Below are positions 48,428 to 57,158 of a DNA stretch of 64,000 bases, one piece after another; position 1 is the stretch's first letter, and every line of letters starts with the position of its first letter. The stretch is from Acidobacteriota bacterium (lineage in GTDB: Bacteria; Acidobacteriota; Thermoanaerobaculia; Multivoradales; UBA5704): assembly GCA_040005235.1 (NCBI GenBank), contig JBDTZG010000028.1:6940-70939 (forward strand), given 5' to 3'. The notes under the pieces are model-generated. The model worked only from the letters and a program-made list of their open reading frames with translations, was not told the DNA's origin and made no database searches. A program made the position numbers and the translations under genes.

Positions 48428-49888
48428 GTGTCGCAAAATCCTGTGCCGCTGCTTGCCGTGGTGTTGCGGAATCTCCGCGAGCGAGCCGGCTGGACCCAAG
48501 TCCGGCTCGAACGCGAGGCTCGCCTCAGCAAGGGATCGCTCTGCCGGCTGGAGAAGGGCAGCCAGACGGTCGATCGTTTCCTGCTCAATCGGCTGGCGAA
48601 GGTGATGAGAATCGCCGAGGGTGACGTGGAACAGGCGCTCGCAGTGCTGGAGCAGCTCCCGGCGGAGACCGGCGCCGGTTCGTCCGCGGACCTGCCGGTT
48701 CGCGACCGGCAGACGATCGAAACCGTCAGCGCGCGCTTTTCCCGCATGGTTCGCGAGAAGGCCCAGAACCGAATCGGGGGGAAGGTCCGCGCCCGGCGCT
48801 GGCGTCTCGACCGCGCGGCGGCCGCCGTGGCGTGGCAGCGGCTGCGCAAAATGCCCTCCGAGGATCGCCGGCTGATCGTTAAAGCGGTTGAGGCCTTTCA
48901 CACCTGGGCGGTGGTGGAACGGCTTTGCGAGGAGAGCGTAAGGGCGGCGGCCAGCGATATGGAGGAGGCCCGTAGGCTGGCGCAGCTTGCCCGGCAGGCC
49001 TCGACGGCCGCGAGCGGTGCCGAGCGAAGATATAAGTCGCTCGAAAATTACGCGGCGGCCTTCGAAGCGAACGCCTGGTGCGCTGCCGGCGAATTTCGGA
49101 AAGCCGAGCAGATTTTTGCCGAGGTCGATGCGCTCCATGGAGAAGGGCTGGACATCGCGGCAGTACCGGTCGATTGGGCCAGGCCACTGATCTTTCGAGC
49201 GGTGCTTATGATTTATCGGGCGAACCTCGATCCGGCATTGGAATGGCTGAACGAGGCGCTTTCGCTCACTCGCTCGCCGACCGTCAAGACTTGGGCGTTA
49301 ATCTGGCGAGCCGCTGTGCTCAAGCGGAAGCTCCAATTTCCCGCGGCGCTTGAGGAGCTGGAAAAGGCTCGGCCGTACGCCGAGCTTGCAGGCGATGCCC
49401 GGCTTCGATGGGCCATCGCCTTCAATGAAGCGGGTTATTTATGCGAAGCCGGCCATTTGGCGGAGGCTGCCGCCCGCCTTCCAGCCCTGAAGCTGGCAGC
49501 GTTGGAGCTCGGAGGAGCTCTGGATCGCCTGCGGCTCCGCTGGTTGACCGCGAGAGTGGCTGCTGCTTCAGGCCTGTTCCAGGAAGCCGCGACGAACCTC
49601 TCCGAGGTTTGGAATGCCTTTGCCGACCGGAACCTCTGGCTCGACGCGGCGATCGCGGTTCTCGAGCTGGCCAGCATCAACCTGGAGATGGGTCTGTCTG
49701 CCCAGGTCAAGAAGCTCGCCACGGCATCTGCTCACGTCTTCGCGGCGCAGACCCTGCCCGACCACCTTCTCGCGGCGGTTCGACTATTCTGGCAGGCCGC
49801 CCTTCAGGAAGCGGCCACTTCACAAATGGCGCGACAGCTGGTTGGGGACCTTCGCCGCGCCATGGTGGCAAACGCCGAAGCCTCCTGA
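48428..49888 (+). CDS. XRE-type HTH + conserved 'TWAVVERLC' middle domain + C-terminal TPR-like regulator (long paralog 1)
   Basis: GTG start after a gaggaga RBS. The HTH is LLAVVLRNLRERAGWTQVRLEREARLSKGSLCRLEKG. The conserved block FHTWAVVERLCEES is shared with three paralogs. The C-terminal ~250 aa is alpha-helical repeats (AAFEANAWCAAGEFRKAEQIF..., LRWAIAFNEAGYLCEAGHLAEAA). Confidence 0.75.
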   Translation: MSQNPVPLLAVVLRNLRERAGWTQVRLEREARLSKGSLCRLEKGSQTVDRFLLNRLAKVMRIAEGDVEQALAVLEQLPAETGAGSSADLPVRDRQTIETVSARFSRMVREKAQNRIGGKVRARRWRLDRAAAAVAWQRLRKMPSEDRRLIVKAVEAFHTWAVVERLCEESVRAAASDMEEARRLAQLARQASTAASGAERRYKSLENYAAAFEANAWCAAGEFRKAEQIFAEVDALHGEGLDIAAVPVDWARPLIFRAVLMIYRANLDPALEWLNEALSLTRSPTVKTWALIWRAAVLKRKLQFPAALEELEKARPYAELAGDARLRWAIAFNEAGYLCEAGHLAEAAARLPALKLAALELGGALDRLRLRWLTARVAAASGLFQEAATNLSEVWNAFADRNLWLDAAIAVLELASINLEMGLSAQVKKLATASAHVFAAQTLPDHLLAAVRLFWQAALQEAATSQMARQLVGDLRRAMVANAEAS

Positions 49889-49907
49889 AGTCGTCGTCTC
49901 GCTTGGG

Positions 49908-50195
49908 CTAGGTCCCACACAGACCGTTCGGGTTGATCTCGCAGCCGACTTCGCCGAGAGGAGGCTTACTTCTCGGGCGACCGGAGTCGGAAGCACTGCG
50001 TCCGTCTGGGCTTGCGCCGCGGCGCCCGCTGGGCTCGATCTCGCAACCGCTCGGCGCCCACAGCGCGGAAAAGAATCTCCCGGCTTTGGCGAGCAGGTTC
50101 CCGAGATCCCACGGTGCGGCGGAGGCCTGGGTCGGGAAGGCGAGGACCACGACGAGAAGCAAGAGCGGCAGACGGCGGGGCGACGAAGCGGACAT
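49908..50195 (-). CDS. Small secreted Cys-repeat peptide (precursor), paralog 1
   Basis: 95 aa. The signal peptide is MSASSPRRLPLLLLVVVLAFPTQASA. The mature part begins APWDLGNLLAKAGRFFSALW and contains GCEIEPSGRRG ... GCEINPNGLCG repeats. It is homologous to 58620..58952 and convergent with the long regulator, whose stop is 20 bp away. Confidence 0.6.
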   Translation of the reverse strand: MSASSPRRLPLLLLVVVLAFPTQASAAPWDLGNLLAKAGRFFSALWAPSGCEIEPSGRRGASPDGRSASDSGRPRSKPPLGEVGCEINPNGLCGT

Positions 50196-50395
50196 GACCG
50201 ACTCCTATTCCGAGGGGACCGGCGCCGCGGCCTCCATGGCCGAACGGGCACCCTGCGAGTTCTTCCAGGCGCGCCTGGGCGAAGCTTGGACGCAAAATTT
50301 TGTGCTGCCAGGCGTACGGTGGGGTCTATCTTAGGAGCAAGCCCCGCCCTGCACGCTCTTTCGATACGATTCCCTCCAGAAACTCGGGAGGTGAC

Positions 50396-51220
50396 ATGAA
50401 CGACGCCTTGGATCGCCGCGCGGCAGGCTTGGTGATGCAGTTGTTTCGCTTCATGGCCGGCCGCCACCAGCACGACCTGAGCGAACGGACCGGGATCGAC
50501 ATAAAGCGGATTTCGCGTTACGAGCAGGGAAAAGTTCTGCCTCTTCGGCCGACGCTCGAACGACTCGCTGCGGGCGTCGGCGTCTCCGCGACCCGGCTCG
50601 ATCAGCTTCTCGCGTTGATTCGCACCGTGTGCGCCGAGGGCGAGGCGGCGACCGCCCAAAAGGAGCACGCCACAGCAGACCCCGACGAGTCCGATTGGCC
50701 GGACGATCTCGCCGAGCTGGCGGCGGAGATCGCCGAAGACCTACAGCCCGAGATTTACCAAGCCCTGAAGGAATTGAACGCCGAGCTGAACGCGCCGCCT
50801 CCGCCACTCGCCCCGGAAGCGGCGCGCGCCCAGGCTCGGGAGCTATGGGGAAGGTTCGAACCCTTGCCGGATCGCGTTCGCCGCCTGGTGATCGAACATG
50901 GCAAGGAGTACCAAACCTGGGCCTTTTGCGAACGGCTCTGCGAAGCAAGCCTCGACGCCGGATCGCGCGCGCCGGAGGACGGTCAGGCCTTGGCCGACCT
51001 GGCGCTCTCGGTCGCCGAGGCCGCCCAAGGGTCCGACGTGCTGCGCCAGCGCCTGACCGCCTTCGCCCTCGCCTGCGCCGCCCACGCGGATGTCCTCGCC
51101 GGGGACTCGGAAGAGGCCGCCGAGAAGCTGGGCCGGGCCAAGGCGCTCTGGACGGCCGGGGACGGCACCGACGATCTCGACCTCGGCCAGATCGCCGATC
51201 TGGTGCCCGCCGACTCGTAA
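50396..51220 (+). CDS. XRE-type HTH + 'TWAxxERLC' domain protein without TPR (short paralog 1)
   Basis: gggagg RBS. The HTH is LVMQLFRFMAGRHQHDLSERTGIDIKRISRYEQG. It has a poly-Pro linker (PPPPLAP) and then ELWGRFEPLPDRVRRLVIEHGKEYQTWAFCERLCEAS. It is divergent from the peptide gene across a ~200-bp intergenic region. Confidence 0.7.
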   Translation: MNDALDRRAAGLVMQLFRFMAGRHQHDLSERTGIDIKRISRYEQGKVLPLRPTLERLAAGVGVSATRLDQLLALIRTVCAEGEAATAQKEHATADPDESDWPDDLAELAAEIAEDLQPEIYQALKELNAELNAPPPPLAPEAARAQARELWGRFEPLPDRVRRLVIEHGKEYQTWAFCERLCEASLDAGSRAPEDGQALADLALSVAEAAQGSDVLRQRLTAFALACAAHADVLAGDSEEAAEKLGRAKALWTAGDGTDDLDLGQIADLVPADS

Positions 51221-51229
51221 GGAGTCCCC

Positions 51230-51631
51230 TCAGTTCGGCGCCCGCCGACTTGCGTCCGGCGGAAGCTCCGGCGGCGGCGGGCCGAGACGGCGCTCCAGGT
51301 CGGCGATCTTCTGTTCGAGATCTTCCGCCAGGATTTCGAGAGCCTGACAGAGCCGGTCCTCTTCCTCGGTCACCGTCGAGAGCCGCCGGGTCGCGGCGAG
51401 CCCGGCGAACGCCTGCTTTGTATGCCAGAGGTCGTCGATGCCGGCGCGCGTTCCCGCCTTGAGCCACGGTTCTCCGAACCCCGAGCCGTCTTCCAGCTCC
51501 AGCGCTTCCTCGGCGATCTTTTCGCAGGCATCCTGGACGCGTTGGCGCAAACCCGGCCGGGTGAAATGGACCAGGACCGACTCGCGGAACGGCGCCATCT
51601 CTCTCCAGCGGCGCTTGATCGGGTTGGTCAT
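51230..51631 (-). CDS. Hypothetical protein (coiled-coil C-terminus)
   Basis: 133 aa with plausible composition (…LEILAEDLEQKIADLERRL…). It is the last of three co-oriented ORFs with 4-nt and 13-nt overlaps. Confidence 0.35.
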   Translation of the reverse strand: MTNPIKRRWREMAPFRESVLVHFTRPGLRQRVQDACEKIAEEALELEDGSGFGEPWLKAGTRAGIDDLWHTKQAFAGLAATRRLSTVTEEEDRLCQALEILAEDLEQKIADLERRLGPPPPELPPDASRRAPN

Positions 51632-52062
51632 CCTGGGGATGCCCGTCGCTCAGTCCGCACGGCGGCCCGGTGCCGGCCCAGGCGTCTCTCCTGCACCAGA
51701 CCCAGGAATGCGTCCCGATTCGCGGCCCCATGGGTCATCAGCGCCGCGAAGACCCGAAGGTTCAGACGGGCACCTTCCGGGGGCGGTGTACCTTCCAAGA
51801 GGGCGAGCAGTCGGGCGGCCAGCTCCGGCAAGATGCCCCCTCGCCCCTGGCGCAACAATACGGTTCCCAGCTCGATGTAGGCGTCCGCCGCTGCCATCAC
51901 CTCGCCCGATGCGCGCCAGGTTCCCGCGGCGCGGCCGAACAGTCGCGCCGCCTCTTCGAGGTTCCCATCGTCCCGCTCGCGCTCGGCCCGGTCGAAGATC
52001 TCTCCGGCGGCCCGCCGCAACTCGCCGGGTGCGAGGGGAGAGGCCGGACTTACAGAGGCCAT
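51628..52062 (-). CDS. Hypothetical TPR-like helical protein
   Basis: 144 aa with helical-repeat-like composition (EEAARLFGRAAGTWRASGEVMAAADAYIELGTVLL). It overlaps its neighbours. Confidence 0.35.
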   Translation of the reverse strand: MASVSPASPLAPGELRRAAGEIFDRAERERDDGNLEEAARLFGRAAGTWRASGEVMAAADAYIELGTVLLRQGRGGILPELAARLLALLEGTPPPEGARLNLRVFAALMTHGAANRDAFLGLVQERRLGRHRAAVRTERRASPG

Positions 52063-52499
52063 TCCATTCCTTTTCTGTGCTTCCGGACGTCCGCGAGCAA
52101 CTCGCCTAGTAACGGCGAGCTCGGCGGGGTGATCTCGAGCAAGAGCAAAAGGTTGGAAAAAAGCTCGATTTCCGGCGGCGCCACGGCGAGCGTCGCCGGC
52201 TTGGCGGCGAGCCAGTCCGGCAGGTCGACACGTTCAAGGCGATAGACCGCGGCCAGCGAGAGCGCCGCTAGCCCTTCGAGCCAGGGTTGCTCCGCTTTGC
52301 CGAAGGCATGGACGGCGAGAATAAAACTCTCTTCTGCCTGGGACAGGTTGCCCGCCGCCGCGGCGCGCTCGGCAAAATCCATCGAGCGCCAAGCCAACCG
52401 GAAAAAAGCCGGATGCGCCGGTTCCTTAGCCGGCGCATCCGCGGGCCCTGCGAGCGCGAGAGGGGGTGCGGGTCGCCCGCAGGGGAAAAAGGAGTCCAT
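52050..52499 (-). CDS. Hypothetical protein
   Basis: 149 aa. It is the first of the three co-oriented overlapping ORFs. No recognisable motif. Confidence 0.3.
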   Translation of the reverse strand: MDSFFPCGRPAPPLALAGPADAPAKEPAHPAFFRLAWRSMDFAERAAAAGNLSQAEESFILAVHAFGKAEQPWLEGLAALSLAAVYRLERVDLPDWLAAKPATLAVAPPEIELFSNLLLLLEITPPSSPLLGELLADVRKHRKGMEWPL

Positions 52500-52694
52500 G
52501 CGTGCGAGGGTAGGTCCAGGGATTCAGCTTTCGCGCTAGCCTGCCGCTCGTGGATGGCGTAGTTATCCATTTCGATAACATTTCTTGGGATGCCGGGGAA
52601 CTTTCCCAGCTCGTCATGCCGAGCGAGAGCTCTGCACACTCCAGCGGAGGCGGGGGGGAGTTCCGGCACTACATTCAATATTGCAGGAACCACC

Positions 52695-53810
52695 CTAGGG
52701 CTGCAGGCCGCCGTTCCACGAAGTGTCCTTGAGCAGATCGGCCCAATTCACGTCGGCGCTCAGCACATTGAATTCGTCGCTGCCGTCCGAGAAGACGTTG
52801 AGGTGTGCCGCCCGCCGAAAGACCTCCTCGCCTTGAATTTCGAAGCCGGGCCGTAGCGGCGGCAAGATGTAGAGGCCCATCCACGGACTACCGGTTGGGT
52901 TACAGCCCGTCTGGCCGGAAGCGGTGCAGAAGGGGAGCGCCGTGATTTCGCCCGTCGTCAAGCGTCCCTGGGTATCGGTGTGCAGGCGCAGCAGGAAGGG
53001 GATTTCCAGGTCACTGTAGACACACACTCCGTCGTCATCGCAGGAAAGGGCAGAGTCATAGGCGTCAATCCGGTAAGTCAGCGGCTCCTCCGCCCGGTAG
53101 AGAGCGGTCTTGTAGGAAATAAAGGCGCAGAACGGATTGGGAATGGGTTCCGCCAGGCAGCCTGTCGGCCGAACCGTCCGCGCGAGGATCGAGTAGACCT
53201 TGAGGTCAAAGTCGGTCACTTCGGTATGGCAGGGAGAGAGTAGGTCGTCGACGGTCAAACCGCGTCCCGCGGTGTCCGCGTGGTCCGCCTGCGCGTCCTG
53301 GAGAGTGGTGATCCGAATCGAATTCTTCGGCTGAAAAGGGTCTGGCGGCTCCCGGGACAGGATGAGATCCACGAGCATCGAGAACCGGGTCGTCCCCTCG
53401 AGATTCGAAGACGCATCCCGCCGAACCAAGGTGGCCTGGGGCCGGCGATCCCTTCGGGGGTTCAAGAAGTCCTCGTCCTCGCGAAGGATCAGGTCGAACG
53501 CCAGCTGTTTCTCCTGTCGCTCGCGGTCGCCTTGAACCGTGGTGTGTCGCAACTGGCTGGTGCTGGCCAATCCTCTGTAGGTGCCGCCATTGGCGCTCGA
53601 CCGCCAGAGGAGGAGGCTCGACTCCCCGTAGGAAACCCCCATGCGGTGCAGCAACCTCCCCATTTGCCGCTCTTCGCAGGCGACCTGCTCGGACGTGAGG
53701 GGGCGGCCGAAGGGCTGGGCCACAGCATTGCGTACCGCACATGCGCCGAAGACCAGGGCCACGGCCCAAGCCGGCACCCGCCACCCTACGGCTGCAGGCC
53801 GCCGTTCCAC
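52695..53810 (-). CDS. Secreted protein of unknown function, 'WNGGLQP' family paralog A
   Basis: 371 aa with an N-terminal signal-like segment (AVALVFGACAVRNAVAQ). It is ~80-85% identical to the adjacent paralog B along its whole length (QPFG-PLTSEQVACEERQMGRLLHRMGVSYGE ... ADVNWADLLKDTSWNGGLQP). It contains several Cys. Confidence 0.7.
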   Translation of the reverse strand: MERRPAAVGWRVPAWAVALVFGACAVRNAVAQPFGRPLTSEQVACEERQMGRLLHRMGVSYGESSLLLWRSSANGGTYRGLASTSQLRHTTVQGDRERQEKQLAFDLILREDEDFLNPRRDRRPQATLVRRDASSNLEGTTRFSMLVDLILSREPPDPFQPKNSIRITTLQDAQADHADTAGRGLTVDDLLSPCHTEVTDFDLKVYSILARTVRPTGCLAEPIPNPFCAFISYKTALYRAEEPLTYRIDAYDSALSCDDDGVCVYSDLEIPFLLRLHTDTQGRLTTGEITALPFCTASGQTGCNPTGSPWMGLYILPPLRPGFEIQGEEVFRRAAHLNVFSDGSDEFNVLSADVNWADLLKDTSWNGGLQP

Positions 53811-54889
53811 GAGGTGTCCTTGAGCAGGTCCGCCCAGTTGACGTCGGCACGTAGAATGTTCAAGTCAGGAAAGGCAACCGAGAAAAGGTTCAGGTGGGCC
53901 GCACGCCGAAAGACTTCCTCTCCCTGAACCTCGATGCCGGGTCTCAGGGGAGGTAAGACGTAAAGGCCCATCCAAGGACTGTCCTCCGGGCTGCATCCGG
54001 TTTGGCCCGACGCTGTGCAAAACGGCAGCAGCGAGACCTCCCCGGATGCCAACCGGCCTTGGGCGTCGGCTTGGATGCGAAACAGCAGTGAATTCTGCTC
54101 GTCGCTGTAAACGCACACGCCGTCTTCGTCGCAGGACAACGAGGAGAGATATACGTCGGCCCGATAGGTCAGCGGCTCCTCCGCGCGGTAGAACGCGGTT
54201 TTAAAGGAAATGAATCCGCAGACCGGGTTGGGAATGGGTTCCGCCAGGCAGCCCGTCGGCCGCACCGTCCGGGCGAGGATCGAGTAGACCTTTAGGTCGA
54301 AATCGGTCACCTCAGTATGGCAGGTATTCAAAAGGTCGTCGACGGTCAGACCGCGTCCGGCGGTGTCCGCGTGGTCCTCCGGCGCTTCCTGGAGGGTGGT
54401 GATCCGGATCGAATTCTTTGGGTGGAAAGGGTCGGGCGGCTCCGGGGACAGGATGAGATCTACGAGCATCGAGAACCGGGTCGTTCCCATCGGGTCGAGG
54501 TTCGACGCCGCGTCCCGCCGGACCAGCGTCGCCTGCGGGCGGCGTTCCCGCCGGGGGTTCAAGAAGTCTTCATCGGCGCGGAGAATCAGGTCAAACGCCA
54601 GCTGTTTCTCATCGCGCATCCGGATGTCTACGGTCGTCGTAGGATCGAAATAAAGGTGGTCCGTACTGGCCAAGCCTCTGTAGCTGCCGCCGTTGGCCGC
54701 CGATCGCCAAAGGTAGAGGCCAGCCTCGCCATATGAGACCCCCATACGATGAAGCAATCGCCCCATCTGGCGCTCCTCGCAGGCGACCTGCTCGGACGTG
54801 AGGGGGCTGCCGAAGGGCTGGGCCGCCATAATTCCCGGGGCGATGATTACCAGGAAGAGAATCGCGAACAACGCGCTTTTGGGTTTCAT
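53786..54889 (-). CDS. Secreted protein of unknown function, 'WNGGLQP' family paralog B
   Basis: The start is the internal Met MKPKSALFAILFLVIIAPGIMAAQPFG, a clear signal peptide. 367 aa. It is tandem with paralog A. The upstream 103 aa of the track ORF is read-through. Confidence 0.75.
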   Translation of the reverse strand: MKPKSALFAILFLVIIAPGIMAAQPFGSPLTSEQVACEERQMGRLLHRMGVSYGEAGLYLWRSAANGGSYRGLASTDHLYFDPTTTVDIRMRDEKQLAFDLILRADEDFLNPRRERRPQATLVRRDAASNLDPMGTTRFSMLVDLILSPEPPDPFHPKNSIRITTLQEAPEDHADTAGRGLTVDDLLNTCHTEVTDFDLKVYSILARTVRPTGCLAEPIPNPVCGFISFKTAFYRAEEPLTYRADVYLSSLSCDEDGVCVYSDEQNSLLFRIQADAQGRLASGEVSLLPFCTASGQTGCSPEDSPWMGLYVLPPLRPGIEVQGEEVFRRAAHLNLFSVAFPDLNILRADVNWADLLKDTSWNGGLQP

Positions 54890-55321
54890 AGCTTCCCCGC
54901 TGAACCTGTCTTCTGTTGGACCTGGAGAACGATGTCGAAGGAATAGAACGGCGAAACGATCTCGCAACTTCCCCCGTTGCAGGTTTTGTGGATGGGATCC
55001 CAATTGATGGTCTGGACTGCCGTCATGGTTCCCGTTGCCGGCGTGACCCACTGGACCTCGAACCGATCGGCCGTCGGTCCGAGGTTCAAGAGCGTCAAGC
55101 GGTCTTGGTATTTCTGCGCCAGCCAGATCCGCGCGTCGAAAGCGTTGCGCGGGAGAAATATCGGTTTGGCGCTCGGAGACGTGGACTCTTTGGGGCATCC
55201 GTTCGCAGTGAACTCCGCCTCGGGCGCGTTCGATGCCGTGCTGGCCGCGCAGCGGATCGTGCTGTGGTGTAGATAGAGCAGGAAAAGCCGGTTCGGCTCC
55301 GGTCTCCGACCTGGATCGGCA

Positions 55322-56821
55322 TCAATCGGTATCCGTCGGAGATTGAGGGCCTTGATGTAGGTCGGGTCTCGCAGCGCTATTGGGCAGCCCTCCAGACCAA
55401 GCTGACCGGGACGAGGTGAGGCGCCCGAGCGGCAGCGCGTTGACGAATTTCTTGAGTACGCCGAGTTGGCGCCGAATGGTCGCGGGGGTGTTCGGGTCGC
55501 CTCCGGAGAGATATCCGAAATGGTCGTAGGTGGCGCCCTGGTCGAACAGAAACTCCCAGGCTTCGGCGCGCGCCGGTTCGGCGAGCTTTTCTGTCAGGGC
55601 GCCGTTGGTATGGGCGCGGGTGCCGCTCTTGCCTCCGACATCTGGGTTGCCGATGAACTGACCGGCGCCTTTGGTCGTAAACGGCTGTACCGCCACCAAA
55701 TGCCCGCCGGCGGCCAAGCGCGGGTATTTCGCTTCCTGAAAGGTGACCTGGGCAATCATGTCGCGCTGCCACTTGGCGACCTCGAGGGGATCGACGGTCT
55801 GGGCCTCCGGCTCGTTGGCGATCTCCCAATAGACGGTGTCGAAGCACCAGAGTTCTTGGACCGTCCACTCGATCACTTTGGCCTGGGCCACGCGCATGCG
55901 CTCGTTCGTCAGGGCCTCCTGGGTGCCTCGCGTGTCGTGGGTCACGAAGTACTCGGGCTTTGAGAACTTCACCGTCTCGAACGTCCCGTCCGACTTCGGC
56001 ATCATCCCCTTGCCGCCCCAGGGACCCTGGGAGAAGAAATCTCCCTCGAACGGCGCGAAGATGGTCACTTCGACGATCATCTTCCTCGGGTCCTGGGCGT
56101 AGGCCACGACATCGCGCAAGCGTTGGAAATACCGCGTGTTCGGCTTGTCCAGGCGCCAGAACGGGTAGGCGTTGGCCGGGAAGTTGGCGCAGTCGGGGCT
56201 CGCCACGGCGCTCGGGCAATAGAGGAACGGGACGTTGTTCGGGTTTTTCTCTCCGGCCAGGGCGATCCAGAGGCGGAGCTTGTTCAGGCCCGCTTCGAAG
56301 GCGGCTTGGATCGTCGTGGGGTAGTTGGTCCAGTTGCATTTGTCGGAGGAGAGTTCGAGGTGGCAGCCGTTGTCAGCCGAGACGCCGACGAGGGTCTGGA
56401 TCGTGTTGCGGTACGAAAAGTAGCGCGAGGCGAAAGGCAGGGCGGCGGTCGTTTTGCCGATCTTGATCGGGGTGATCGTCTGCGTGATGTTGCCGCAACC
56501 GGTGGCGGAAATCGTGGGATCGGCCGGAACGTCGGGGTCGGTGCCCAGCAGCTCGGGCGGATAGAGATCCTCCGAGTCGAGCGAATTCGGGTCGCCGTCG
56601 TAGGGGAGCAAGTCGTCGCCGAGGGTCCACAGCTCGGCGGGCAAGCTGGGGTCGGTGGTCGAGCCACCGTCGCCGAAGACGGAAGAGAGGGGTGGCTCTT
56701 CTTCGGGTCCGGGTGGGGGTTGGGCGGGAAGGGGGGCACCGACCGAGAGGAACGAAAGAAAGATGAAGGCGAGGGTCGCACGGTGGCAGAGGGATAAGAG
56801 TAGCGAGCGAGTTCGGTCCAC
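55322..56821 (-). CDS. Secreted glycoside hydrolase family 5-like protein
   Basis: The signal peptide is MDRTRSLLLSLCHRATLAFIFLSFLSVGAPLPAQ, followed by an acidic/Pro linker. The GH5 acid/base signature context is VYWEIANEPE. 499 aa. Confidence 0.55.
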   Translation of the reverse strand: MDRTRSLLLSLCHRATLAFIFLSFLSVGAPLPAQPPPGPEEEPPLSSVFGDGGSTTDPSLPAELWTLGDDLLPYDGDPNSLDSEDLYPPELLGTDPDVPADPTISATGCGNITQTITPIKIGKTTAALPFASRYFSYRNTIQTLVGVSADNGCHLELSSDKCNWTNYPTTIQAAFEAGLNKLRLWIALAGEKNPNNVPFLYCPSAVASPDCANFPANAYPFWRLDKPNTRYFQRLRDVVAYAQDPRKMIVEVTIFAPFEGDFFSQGPWGGKGMMPKSDGTFETVKFSKPEYFVTHDTRGTQEALTNERMRVAQAKVIEWTVQELWCFDTVYWEIANEPEAQTVDPLEVAKWQRDMIAQVTFQEAKYPRLAAGGHLVAVQPFTTKGAGQFIGNPDVGGKSGTRAHTNGALTEKLAEPARAEAWEFLFDQGATYDHFGYLSGGDPNTPATIRRQLGVLKKFVNALPLGRLTSSRSAWSGGLPNSAARPDLHQGPQSPTDTD

Positions 56822-57158
56822 GGCGCTGTCCTTTCAAGGTTTCCGCGTTACGCGGAAGACTGCTGGAACGGTAGCAGCGCCGACGATATTTTCGCAAACA
56901 ATTTCATCACATTCGGTATGGCTTTCAGATTTCTGCGGCTCTGGGGTGACCTGGGAACTGAGACGGATGGGAGCGGGCGTTTTCTGCCCGCGGGGCGATG
57001 ACGATGAACGGTGAGGACCCTAAGAGCCAAATGCTCCCAATGAGGAAACCAGGTTTCCTCTCTGTGCGGCGGGCAGGCGTCCCAATTTATTTGTTGTCAC
57101 GAAAAGTGCCTCAGCGGCAACAAGATGTATTAAAGACACCAGACCCCGGAGAACCGCG

